A stretch of DNA of 64,000 nt from assembly GCA_951406725.2 (NCBI GenBank), contig OX597827.1, forward strand, positions 81,158,001 through 81,222,000, given 5' to 3'. A program made the translations under genes and the position numbers. The DNA comes from Octopus vulgaris (Eukaryota). Below, piece after piece: positions 42,908 to 55,779 of this stretch. The notes below the pieces were generated by a model. The model was not told where the DNA came from and did not search any database. It saw nothing but the letters and a program-made list of their open reading frames with translations. Each line of letters opens with the position of its first letter. Position 1 is the stretch's first letter.

Positions 42908-44186
42908 CTCATATTTGGACAGAAGGAGTGACATGGAGATTGAAAGACACAAGAAAAGTAGAACAGAAACAGTAAAAAATATATATAGTGGAGAGGAAGG
43001 AAAAAAGTGGGGACAGGTAAAATGAAATATGACGAAGAAAGTGAACAAAAGAGAGGAGAGTGACAGAAGATGGATTAGGGTGGGGGAGTAAAGGGGGAGA
43101 GATAGTGATGGACAGGCTGAATAAATTGGCAGGAAATTAACTGACAGGAAGGATGGTCATGGTTGGAACGTGAGTGGAATGATGTTACTTTGATTCACAG
43201 ACAGGTGCATTCTGTATATAAATATCATCTAAGAGTAACATAAGACATGAGATGTGATGACGGCTGTCATTGTTGATGTTGTTGTTTAACCCTAGGCCAG
43301 ACCTCACTGAGCCACTCTATGATGAAAGGTATTCCAGTCATGGACATTCTGTTTTGTTTATGACAAAAATATATCTAGAACTACATCATTCAAGGTGCCC
43401 TTCTATTTTTAAGACAGTACACTATAATTCGAGGGAGAGTTGGCTGTTCTTTCTAATATGAACCCTCATAGAAGTAACTCAAGAGTAGTTTGTGAAAGAA
43501 AACGAGATTTGAATTGATGGCTGATGTAGTTGCTGTTACCGTTCATGTTGTTTAGCTCTAGACACTCCAACTGTGACCATCCCATCACTCTTTTTTGGAT
43601 GTCAAGAATTATAATGTCCAATCTGTCCTTCATATTTGTTGGCAGTTGGATGTAGTTTAAAGGCGATTTAGTTGCTATTTCTAGAATGTTGAACAACCAT
43701 ATACAGGTTCAATGTGGTAGGAGTGGAGGAAGGAGGCGGGGGGATGGGATTTAAAGATGGGGAAATAGCAGGGAAAAAATGAATAAAGGGGGGGGGACTA
43801 AGGGTGGCAATGGTGGGGGTATAACATAGCCCCCACCCCCCCATCAGTTCACACCACAACCGAAATATATCAACTGGAAAGACACTTTATAAAAAAAAAC
43901 TGAAGATGATGTTGATGGTGTGTGTTTATAGGGTTGAATACTTATATGTTGTGTGTGAGTGATATACACATACACACATGTATTTGTGTGTGTGTGTGTG
44001 TGTGTGCAGGCACACGTACAGAAACACACATGCACACACACACACATATATTTATACAACGGAACATAAGTACATCAACGTGCATTTATGCATATATAAG
44101 TATTTCGTTCATACATACATGCATACACATACACACGTGTGCATTTATGCATACGCCTATATACATATATATACACACACACACGT

Positions 44187-44218
<32 letters not shown>

Positions 44219-44356
44219 TGTGTGTGTGTACACTCATATTTGGACAGAAGGAGTGACATGGAGATTGAAAGACACAAGAAAAGTAGAACAGAGACATTAA
44301 AAAATATATATATATAGTGGAGAGGAAGGAAAAAAGTGGGGACAGGTAAAATGAAA
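42908..44356 (+). repeat. Local direct duplication of ~120 bp (42908-43027 and 44233-44356)
   Basis: CTCATATTTGGACAGAAGG ... GGGACAGGTAAAATGAAA occurs twice, each copy preceded by a (TG)n tract. Confidence 0.9.
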
Positions 44357-45277
44357 GGAGCACTAGAGAGGAAGGATGAGGTGGAGGAGGGGGGAGGATA
44401 TTTTTTAAGGGGTGATTGAATAGGCAAGGCACAGCACAGCTAGCATAAAACACTTTGACAAGAGGACAAGAGGTGAGAGAAAGATGCTGATGATGTGGAT
44501 GATGATGATGATGATGATGATGGAGTAGAAGTGGGGGTAGTGGCGGTGGTCGTGCAAGGAAGGGATTTTGGAGATGGGGTTGATAAGAAGACATAAAAAA
44601 ATGAAAATATATATATGCATGTACATGTGTGTGCGTGTGTGTGTGTGCAGAGAGAAAAAAATGATGCTCCCATCACTTCCTTTTTCTCCATCACTATATC
44701 ACATATGGGGGTGGGTGTGGTCGGGGGGGGGTGGCAGGGGGTATGTGACGGCGGTGGGGGAGGGTAGGGGGGATATCGATTGATAATAGACATCCACCAT
44801 GGTTATATTTCCTCATATCTCTGTCAGTGTAGTATTGATCTCTTCCTTCATCCCCATCACATACACCTGCAGACACACACATGCACATATACACACATGC
44901 ACATATATATATACATACATGTATGGAAAAGGCTTTATATACATATATATATATACATATATATGTATATGTGTGTGTGTGTGTATGTATGTGTGTCTAT
45001 ATATATATATGTGTATATATATATATATGTCGGTGTATATATATATATGTGTATGTATATATATATATATATGTATGTATGTATATATGTATTTATATAT
45101 ATATATATATATATGTATTTTTATATATATGTATATTTATATGTGTGTGTGTATATATGTATCTATATATATATGTATATATATAAACACACGCACATAT
45201 ATATATATGCTTATGTATATTATATGTACATATTTTATATGAAAAAATGTTATATACGTGTGCGTGAGTATGTATGC

Positions 45278-45329
<52 letters not shown>

Positions 45330-45404
45330 TGATATATACATATACCTACATATATACATCAGAAAAAAATACAGATTTTTTTTTACATACATATATTGTT
45401 CAAG

Positions 45405-45450
<46 letters not shown>

Positions 45451-46198
45451 TTATATATACAGTTATATATGTATGTATATGTGTATATGAGTGTATATAT
45501 ACAATTACATATATATATACATACTATATAAATATATATATACATATATATCTATCTATCTATACACACACACACATATATATATATATATAAATATATA
45601 TATACACACATACACACATACACACATATATATATATAGATACATATATATATACACACACATATATACAAGAATACATATGCACACACATATACACACA
45701 TTATATATATATATACTTCATGAGAAAAATATAGACTTATAATGCTTATATATTCGTGTGTATTAATTTTTTTATTTCATGTTCCCCACCCCAATAGCCT
45801 TGCCTATTCAAATTTCCTCTCCCCCCATCCCAACAGCCTGTTTCTTCTCATCCATAAATACCCCACCACCCCCAGGTTACATGCCAATGTCATTGCTTGG
45901 CAAGACAGCTGGAGAGATGGTGCTGCCGGTGGTGGGAGGGGAACGGGGAGGGCTGCATGTTGATGGATTTGCAGGGGTGGGGGTGTATATGGGTGTAGAT
46001 ATACCTAAATGTAGGTATTATGCGTGTATGCAACTACATATATATATACACATATACATGTATTTATTACTATATATATATAAATTTCTATATATTATAC
46101 ACACACACACATATATATTTTTTATATACCTTTACATATATATTTATGCACATACACACACACACACACACAATGTATAAATATATATATCTATATCA

Positions 46199-46232
<34 letters not shown>

Positions 46233-46292
46233 ATATATACACACACACCTTTCTCTCTCTCCCCCCCTCTCTCTCTCTCTATATATATATAT

Positions 46293-46381
<89 letters not shown>

Positions 46382-46772
46382 CATACATACATACATATAT
46401 ACATATATATGCAAAAATGTATGTTTGAATATGTCAATCTATATATGTATGCCTCTATACATTATTACCCAATATTGTATACTTTGAAATACTTCTGAGG
46501 AAATGGTTCTTTAAGGGTCTTCAGTTGATAACCATGGCAACAATATTTGGGATTTTAGATATACACACATCATGTATGCGTTTGTGAATATATGTGTATA
46601 TATATATGTTTGTGTATTTATAATTATGTATATGTATGTGTATACATACGCACACACACATGTATTTTTTTTTGTGTACATCAATATAGTTATCAATATG
46701 TACATCAATACACGTCAATATATGCATGCATACATGCATTAATACACACACACATACACGTGTGCATGTGTG

Positions 46773-46815
<43 letters not shown>

Positions 46816-47308
46816 CCACACACTGATGGCAATTCTTATCTTTTTTTGTAGGAAAAAAACATTTATTTTTAGATTTGTCCAAGTTATTGATTTTTAGGGA
46901 GGTAAGCATCATGCTGTATTCTCTGGCTCCTTAACTGGATATTCTGTGTGTGTGTGTGTGTGTGTGTGATTGTTTACCATACTTGTCTTTCAATATATCC
47001 ATCTATCCATCCCTCCAAATATAAATTTGTATATATTTGTGCAAAATCATGTGTGTGTGTGTGTGTGTGTGTGTGTATGCAGACATATAGACAAACAGAC
47101 AGACAGACACACACACACACATATATACGTGTGTGTGTGTGTATACATGCATATATATGGATATGGAATATTTATCCATAAATACATGTGCCACATGTGC
47201 AAGTGTATCTGTGTATTATGTAGGGAAGTGTTTTTTTACAAGAGTCATATCCTTTAACTGCTAAGAATTACATAAACATAAATGTGTGTGTGCGTGCTAG
47301 TGTGTGTG

Positions 47309-47366
<58 letters not shown>

Positions 47367-48126
47367 TTCCGTTGAACATGTCTTGAAAGCATGACTGTGT
47401 TCACGTTTTGTCATGTTTATCAATTCTTGTTCCTATTTTTTTCGTAGCAGTTCATAGCAGTTTGGAACAGCAAAGTTCCACTCTCTATCATTGACTCAGC
47501 AACATCTCTAGACTTTCACAGTCTCATCTTCAGGATGGAGTAATACTGGAGTGTACTGCTGCCTCTGTATAACAGGAAGAGTCAATATGATAGATGCCGA
47601 CATTACCACTACCACAGGAATTTTGATTGTTTGTTTAATCAGTCTATTGTTATTTTTAGCCTTGTGTAGAGTGATGAATATTAGTCTTATTATAAATCAT
47701 CTATTTGTGTGTGGATCTCTCGGTGGATATAGAAGGCATCATATGCTATATTTGTCCTTATCTCGTTATACATTGTGTTGCAGGGTGAGGTGCCCGAAAT
47801 GGATGAAATAATTTGTGCAGGAAAATAGTGGCTTTGAAACATTGTCTCTTCTGTAAAAATCGTAAAAGAAGTAATAAAATAATTACTTTATATTTCATCC
47901 GTTGGCAGTTCCCCCTCACATATTGGTTTGCTTTGTCATTGGCTTAACAGAACCGATGGGAAATATAAACTACATATAGAACTATACACACAAACACACT
48001 CACACATATGTACATACACACACATGTATATATACAGGGCATCCCCAAAGTAGGTTTACAGTTATCAAGTAGGCACTTTAAATTTCTTTCAAAACATTTC
48101 ATTAAATTAAAATTTCTATCTTGTAA

Positions 48127-49150
48127 TTAACTAAGTCCATCAAAATGGTTCTGTGGTCCTAGGAACAAATGGTTATCAGGAGGAAGGGGAGGAGAATATG
48201 GAGGATGAGGCAGTATTTCCCAACCAAGTTCTTCCAAGAGAGTTTTGGTCAGTCGAGCTGTGCGGGGACGAGCATTATCGTGATGGAAGATGACACCCTT
48301 TCTGTTAACCAAGGATGCTCGCTTTTGGCTCAGAACTGTTTTCAAATGAGGAAGTTATTCACAGTAAAGATTAGCATTAATTGTTTGGTTGTTGTCCAAA
48401 AGTTCATAATGGATCACTCCTTTAATATCCCACCATACACTCAACATGATCTTCTTTGGATGAAGTCCTGCTCTCAGTTGTTGAATTGGCCATCCTCCTA
48501 GACTGATCCAAGAATGGCAGCGTTTAACATTATGGTAAAGAATCCACTTCTCATCACCTGTAACGAGCCTGTCGAAAAATGTTGCTTGAAAGTGTTGCGA
48601 AAGCAATGATTGACAAGCAGCACGCTGTTGTTGATTCTCTGGAGATCACTCATGAGGGACCCATTTTCCAACTACTGAAACCTTTCCAATGTGTTTTGGC
48701 TGGTGTACCACAGTTGTATGGGCCATGTTTAACTGTTCTGTAAGTTCCCTAGTGGTAATGGTAGTGTTCTCTGAAACAAGAGCTTCCAACATTTCCAAAT
48801 CAAGTTTTTTTGGACAACCCTCAATTGGCTCTTCTTTCAAAATGAAATCCTCACCTCGGAAACGGGAAAAGCACCTCCTGCAACTTGTTTCCTTCACTAC
48901 ATCCTCCCCATAAGTGCTCTGAACAGATCTTGCTGCCGCACTTGCATCAACACCTTTATGTCGTCTTCAGAGGGGACAAACAGGGTGATAAAAGTTTCTA
49001 AGAATTATGGCCAGAAGTTAGATAAGCTGAAAGAAAATAGTGCAAATCTGACACACAGATTTATCTTACAACTATAAGAAGAGGTTAAAAAATTGATGAA
49101 TTCACTCTGAAACATTTTTTCTAGAAATCAGACATTACTTTTGCACCAAC

Positions 49151-49154
<4 letters not shown>
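48127..49154 (-). pseudogene. Mariner transposon relic with disrupted transposase (Hsmar1/cecropia-like TIR)
   Basis: Peptides GKWVPHE, LVTGDEKW, HHDNARP, HPPYSP, DNHLF in three broken ORFs; 5' TIR TCAGGTTGGTGCAAAAGTAATG at 49154, next to TA. Confidence 0.92.
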
Positions 49155-49236
<82 letters not shown>

Positions 49237-49245
49237 GTATATATT

Positions 49246-50137
49246 GCCAGCATGTGTACGAACTGCCATGCTATATGGCAGTGAAACATGGGCCATGACT
49301 GCTGAAGACATGTGTAGGCTTGAAAGAAATGAAGCTAGTATGCTCCACTGGATGTGTAATGTCAGTGTGCATACATGATAGAGTGTGAGCACCCCCAGAG
49401 AAAAGTTGGACAAAAGAAGCATCAAATGTAGTATGCGAGGGAGACAACTGCGCTGGTAGGGTCATGCGTTACATATGGATGAGGACAGCTGTGAGGAAGT
49501 GCCATACCCTAACTGTGGAAGGAACCTGTGGAAGGAACCCGTGGAAGAGGTAGACCCAGGAAGATATGGGATGAGGTGGTGAAGCATGACCTTCGAACGT
49601 AGACCTCACAGAGGCAATGACAGGAGGCTGAGACCTTTGGAGATATGCTGTAATTGAGATGACCCGCCAACTAAAGTGAGATCGCAGCTATGAAAGTCTG
49701 GCCCAGTTAAGAGTACCCCTGATATGTTGGGCGATATGATATGCTTGAGAAAACCTGCTGAGTCAAGTAAAACCAATATCGTAGCTGTGGCCAGTGCCCC
49801 CTGGTGGCATGGGAGCCAGAGCTCCTGTGCCAGTGGCATGTAAAAAGCACCATCCGAACGTGGCCAATGCCAGTACCCGCTGACTGGCTTCTATGCCAGT
49901 AGCATGTAAAAAGTACCATTTGAATGTGGCCGATGCCAGTACCCCTCGACTGGCCTTGGCTGGTGGCATGTAAAAAACACCCACAACACTCTCTGAGTGG
50001 CTGGCATTAGGAAGGGCATCCAGCTGTAGAAACCTTGCCAGGTCAGATTGGAACCTGGTGCAGCTTCTGGCTCTCCAGACCTCATTCAAACCATACCAAC
50101 CATGCCAACAGGGAAAATGGACATTAAGCAATGATGA

Positions 50138-50140
<3 letters not shown>
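49246..50140 (+). mobile_element. 5'-truncated RTE-clade LINE, same family as 13850-14838
   Basis: ACVRTAMLYGSETWAMTAEDMCRLERNEASMLHWMCNV ... GRPRKIWDE; 3' UTR with internal GGCATGTAAAAAGCACC repeats; GAT tail. Confidence 0.85.
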
Positions 50141-50201
<61 letters not shown>

Positions 50202-50222
50202 GTTATTATTATTGTTATTATT

Positions 50223-50345
50223 ATTGAGTGAAAAAGCAGTGCATGCCATCAAAGTAACAGTGGGGTAAAACTTACAAAGCTTAGTATACACATCATGAGG
50301 ACTGGTCTGATAAGCGTACACCCGACATATGCACCACTACCGTGA
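50223..50345 (-). mobile_element. Family D 3' end in (AAT)n
   Basis: Near-identical to the reverse complement of ~53105-53222. Confidence 0.75.
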
Positions 50346-50379
<34 letters not shown>

Positions 50380-51056
50380 AATAAAATATATGCATATATA
50401 TAAACATATATGTACGTACCTACCTCTACATGTACATATACACGCATATATGTGTACAGGACACCAAAAAGACGTCGAACACATAGAGAGACGAAAAACA
50501 TAGACACAAACCAAGGAACAAGACAAGCAAAAAAAGGAGAGATACAGGACAATAAGCACAACGAAAAATCCCTTCTTCAGTCGCTAAGGTTTCATCTATA
50601 AACGTTTCGAAGGATATATACTTCGAAGAAAACTTCCTTCCTGCGAAAAGCAAATCAATTAAAATTCTGAGATCTTTTTATATATACATATATAAAATTT
50701 CATAAGTGATGGAGAAATAGTTTGATGAAATATTATTTAACAATAAAAAAAAATTCTAATATTATTCCAAATTATTTTGTAACATAAAAACATGTAAATA
50801 ACTTGTATTGTTATATTTAATAATAAATAAATTACTTCCATACCTGCATTAATGCAGAATGCAAAAGATCCTTCCAAATAATGCAGAATTTAAGCTGCAT
50901 CCTCAGGTGAAAGAAAGTCTCTTCTATTGTATTATACATTCTATGTTTTGTAGAATGATACAAAAAGAAGCCATTTTTATGTGTACCACCGGATTACTGC
51001 AATCCATGTATTGTGACTTAAATGTATATAAGTGTGTGTGTATGTATGCTTGTATA

Positions 51057-51220
<164 letters not shown>

Positions 51221-52032
51221 CATGTGTGTGTGTCTATGTATATACATATGTTTGTGTATGTATCTATGTATATATGTGTGTGTGTGTAGATGGCCGAATA
51301 AATGAAATATTGATGTTACCCCCACCCCCTACCCCGCATCAAAATACAGATTCCATTGTTTCTGTTGTAGGTTTAATATAGTAATACTTTACTGGGTTGG
51401 GGTTCCACCAGAGATACACAAGCACACACACACACAAACAAACACGTACACACACACAAACAAACACGTACATACACACACACACAAACATGTACACACA
51501 CACACGCATGCATAAACACAAACAGACACACACACACACAAACACATGCACACACTTACACAGACACACATGCATGCACACATTTACACACATACAGACA
51601 GACACACATACACACACACACACTTGAAACAGAAGCAACAGTTATGCAAGCCATGCCTAATTCCTGGCCAAAATATGGCCTAGCATGCAACCTGGCAGGA
51701 GGCCCTGTTATTATATGTTCGCCAGTCTCTGACATAAGCCATCACCTGTCATATCTCCCCTGGGAGTAGCATACCTGCCCTCCCCCATTCTGTAATCATT
51801 GGACCATATCTAAGGAAACACCTACTTTCACAATGACTACCTCATCTACCACATCTATAATGGCTCTTCATCTTTGGAACTATCAAACAGCTACTAGCTA
51901 CACCCACTACCACCACCACCACCACCACCACCACCTGCAACCAGCTAATTTACCCCTCCTAATTAATTGTAGTTGGTACATATTGCCACCATGTATTGTT
52001 CTATCTCTCCCCAGGCTCAACAGAATATGATT

Positions 52033-52204
52033 TCATCTTGTTTGTTTTAAACATAATATTTCTGCTGATATACCCCTCCAGCCTTCATCAGGTGTCGTGG
52101 GTTCTCATTTCCATGTTATTATTATTATTCAGGTCACTGCCTGGAATCAAACTCAGAATCTTGGGGTTAGTAGCCCGCACTCTTAACCACTATGCCATAT
52201 GCCC
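52033..52204 (-). mobile_element. tRNA-headed element with (AAT)n linker and Penelope-type hammerhead tail
   Basis: Minus strand: GGGCATATGGCATAGTGGTTAAGAGTGCGGGCTACTAACCCCAAGATTCTGAGTTTGATTCC ... (AAT)4 ... GACAC-CTGATGA-A-GGCTG...CAGC-A-GAAA-TA-TT-ATGTT. Confidence 0.65.
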
Positions 52205-52755
52205 ACAGGCATATCCAGGCAGTGACCTGAATAATAATAATAAATTCTGTTTTTATTAGCCACAAGGGCTAACATAAATCAAAAACATGTAAAGACAAAC
52301 ACAGGACGAAAAGTACAAAGGGTTTTGCGAAAAAGAAAGGTCCATGTAAACTTATGATAACAAGAGAAATTTAATAAGTAAAACTCCTAATAGTGGGAGG
52401 CGCTTTGAAAGGTTACTCATGGAAGAACCCATAAAAGCCACGAGAGCCTGGTTAAATGGGAAGAGAGCCCCTTCTTTTATGTTACCTTTTTTACAGGTGT
52501 AATCTCAGAATTGGTCCATTCATACTGGCCATTTTACTGACATTCACCCACCTTTTAAGCAAAGTAAGTGTACATGGTATAGACTGATAGAAGGGACATG
52601 GAACGGGGAAGTATTAGAGAGTTGAAAATAGAACAGATGGCAGGGTACCACAGGTACTGTGCAGGCAGCAAGCCCATTGCATATGTATGGCTCCTGGAGT
52701 TCCAGCAAACCCTGTGATAAAAAGAAATAATAACAATAATAATAATAATAATAAT

Positions 52756-52968
52756 CCTTTCTACTATAGGCACAAGGCCTGGAATTTGTGGGGATGGGGA
52801 TAGTTGATCACATCGACCCCAGTGTTCAACTGGTACTTATTTCATCAACCACGAAAGGATAAAAGGCAAAGTCAACCTCGGTGGAATTTGAACTCAGAAT
52901 GCAGCAGTTGACGAAATATCACTAAGCATTTCGCCCAGCGTGCTAACAATTCTGCGAACTCACCAGCT
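52756..52968 (-). mobile_element. SINE family B
   Basis: Reverse complement of the family consensus. Confidence 0.85.
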
Positions 52969-53002
52969 TAATAATAATAATGATGATGATGAAGATAATA
53001 AT

Positions 53003-53222
53003 AAGTGGGAAGGGCTACGCAGCCTGAAGAAAATTCTAACTGGACCCCACCTGCAAGGTAATGAGCTGTCTATCTCGATGCAAGATCACCATGTTGCGCA
53101 GATACTGTTGTGATGCATGTGCCGGGTGAACCCTTATCAGACCAGTCCTCATGATGTGTATACTAAGCTTTGTAAACTTTATCCCACTGTTACTTTGATG
53201 GCATGCACTGCTTTTTCACTCA
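53003..53222 (+). mobile_element. Family D element in (AAT)n
   Basis: Homologous to ~25060-25276. Confidence 0.75.
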
Positions 53223-53245
53223 ATAATAATAACAATAATAATAAC

Positions 53246-53282
<37 letters not shown>

Positions 53283-53285
<3 letters not shown>

Positions 53286-53788
53286 GGTCACAGAAAACGA
53301 GAAAGCAACCATACTCTGGGATATGCCAATACACACAGATAGAGAAATTAAGGCCAACAGACCAGATATAGTTGTCAGAGATCATGAAGAAAAAAAATGC
53401 TTTCTAACTGATGTATCAATACCAGCAGATGACAACGTGTCTCTAAAAGAAATGGAGAAACTTTCAAAATACAAAGACCTGGAAATAGAGGTAACCAGAA
53501 TGTGGAATCTAAAAACAGAAACAATTCCTATCATAATAGGTGCATTAGGCATGATAAAAAAATATCCAGACAAATACATAACAAAAACACCAGGACTTAC
53601 AAACACATATAACATACAGAAAATTGCCCTACTAGGCACTGCACACATCCTACGCAGAACACTTTCCATACAATAACCATCAGAGCATCACAACAAATCA
53701 CAGCACATACCCAAGGCACACAGAGCTGCACTCGGTAGTGAAGTGAAAGCACGATATAAAAATATACTATTGAATAATAATAATAATA
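53283..53788 (+). mobile_element. R4/Dong-clade non-LTR retrotransposon 3' end (restriction-like endonuclease domain, 3' UTR, (AAT)n)
   Basis: ILWDMPIHTDREIKANRPDIVV ... DVSIPADDN ... EKLSKYKDL ... PIIIGALG ... QKIALLGTAHILRR; PD..D..K-type RLE; open to the stop at 53676. Confidence 0.88.
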
Positions 53789-54028
53789 GAGCCCTGGGAA
53801 CAGTGAGCAAAAATCTCAAGAAGTACATGGAACAAATAGGGGTTGCAATAAGTGTGGATCACTTGCAGAAAGCAGCACTGCTTGGAACTGCTTGAATACT
53901 CTGGAGGGTGCTTGAAAAATAAGAGGTGGTACCTTAGTTCACTGGTAGTGAACAGCTGATACCATAGTACATCTCCAGCGTTAGAAGCTGTGCAAAGGCA
54001 ATAATAATAATAATAATAATAATAATAA
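53789..54028 (+). mobile_element. Second, distinct R4/Dong-like 3' end
   Basis: ALGTVSKNLKKYMEQIG ... LQKAALLGTA*ILWRVLEK*, then 3' UTR and (AAT)n. Confidence 0.75.
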
Positions 54029-54043
54029 TTACAGATGTTGTTG

Positions 54044-54225
54044 TTTCTGATATTGGCAATTTTATGAGGAGAGGGCCAATCAGTTACAGTGACCCCAGTA
54101 CTTGACTGGTACTTTTATTTCATCGATCCCTGGAAAGGATAAAAAGAAGCAGTTGACAGCAACAGGATTTGAACTCAGAATGCTAAGAGCTGGAAGAAAT
54201 GTCGCCAAACATTTTGTCTGATGAT
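54044..54225 (-). mobile_element. SINE family B, decayed
   Basis: GACCCCAGTACTTGACTGGTACTT ... GATTTGAACTCAGAA. Confidence 0.7.
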
Positions 54226-55218
54226 TCTGTTGTGATGACAATGATGAATATAATGATGATGATGATGATGATGGTGACAACAACATTTAACCAGTCATGC
54301 ATCATCAATCATCAATCATTTAATACAGTTTCCTACAATTTTAGCCAATCACATATTTCACCTGTGTTCTCTCACCTGTGCTCTTACCTGAGATTTCTGT
54401 ATCTATTACAGCATCTCATTACAGTGTTTGTCAGCTATATTAGTAGATGATCTCTCATTGTTGTTAATTAAACATCTGTCAGCAAATGCTCGTTGCATGT
54501 CTTGTTATCATTTGTTAACGAGGAAACACTTGTATGTTGTCCCTTGTTGTGAACCCATCAAATATGTATAGTGTTATATGTGTATGTATGCACACACACA
54601 TAAATATATTTTATATACACACACTTCTGTGTTCATATATATGATATATATTATATATAAATATATACATGTATGCATATATATATATATATATATATGC
54701 ATACTCTCTCTCACACACACACACATATATTTATATATATATGTATATACACAGAGGCATAAGTGTACATGTGTATAGAAACATGCAGTTATGTGTGTAT
54801 ATCATGAATAATTTAGTAGATGTGTATATTTCTGATCATGTGTTAATGAATGTGTAATTATTTGTCTTTTATCTAAAACAGAGAAACATACATGTACACA
54901 CATACATACATGTACATACACACACACACAAAATTCTGTATAGCATCATCATCATCATGAGTATGACCGTCATCATCACCATCAACACTGCTGTTATCAT
55001 CATCAGCATGGTTACCATAACCAGGCTTAACATCATCACCACCATCACCACCACCACTGCTGCTAGCAACAACACCTTCCCCCCTCCTCCCACCCCCTCT
55101 TTGCTTTGATTCTCCCAATGGGCTCAGCTGGTCTCCATCACTACCAGAAATACCAATATTCAGATGTACTGCGCACAGGTGTTAGAGCAGGTTAACTCAC
55201 TATATTCTTTCTTTCGCC

Positions 55219-55253
<35 letters not shown>

Positions 55254-55325
55254 GTGTATATAAATTGTATATATATATATAAAATGTGTATATAAATTGT
55301 ATATATATAATGTGTATATAAAGTG

Positions 55326-55404
<79 letters not shown>

Positions 55405-55518
55405 ATACATACATACACAAACACACACACACACATATATATATGTATATAGCTGCGATGATTGATCGCTAGCCCCAAAAGTTCTTTTTATTCTCTCTCT
55501 GTTTATTTCCTCATGTTC

Positions 55519-55554
55519 CTTTCCGTTGAAGAGCGTAGGCTCGAAATGTAAAAG
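55519..55554 (+). ncRNA. Minimal hammerhead-like motif with variant core CCGUUGA
   Basis: CTTT-CCGTTGA-A-GAGC-GTAG-GCTC-GAAA-TG-TA-AAAG. Confidence 0.4.
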
Positions 55555-55746
55555 ACTTTCTCACCTTCCTAAGTGTTAAACTAATACACCTGTCTTCGTC
55601 TTAAGTTGTTCTGTAAATTACAAATATGTATGTATGTATGCATGTATGTATGTATATATATATGTATATATATATATGTGTGTGTGTATGTATGTATGTG
55701 TGTGTGTGTATTTATATATATATGGGTATGTATGTATGTATGTATG

Positions 55747-55779
<33 letters not shown>

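Noticed and set aside
50560-50625. Possible type II hammerhead on the minus strand (GAAACGUU ... CUGAAGA)
   Set aside because: Stems I and II could not be paired convincingly.
53323-53676. Stand-alone 117-aa nuclease gene
   Set aside because: It is the C-terminus of a 5'-truncated R4/Dong retrotransposon; homology begins upstream of the Met, at the (AAT)n junction.
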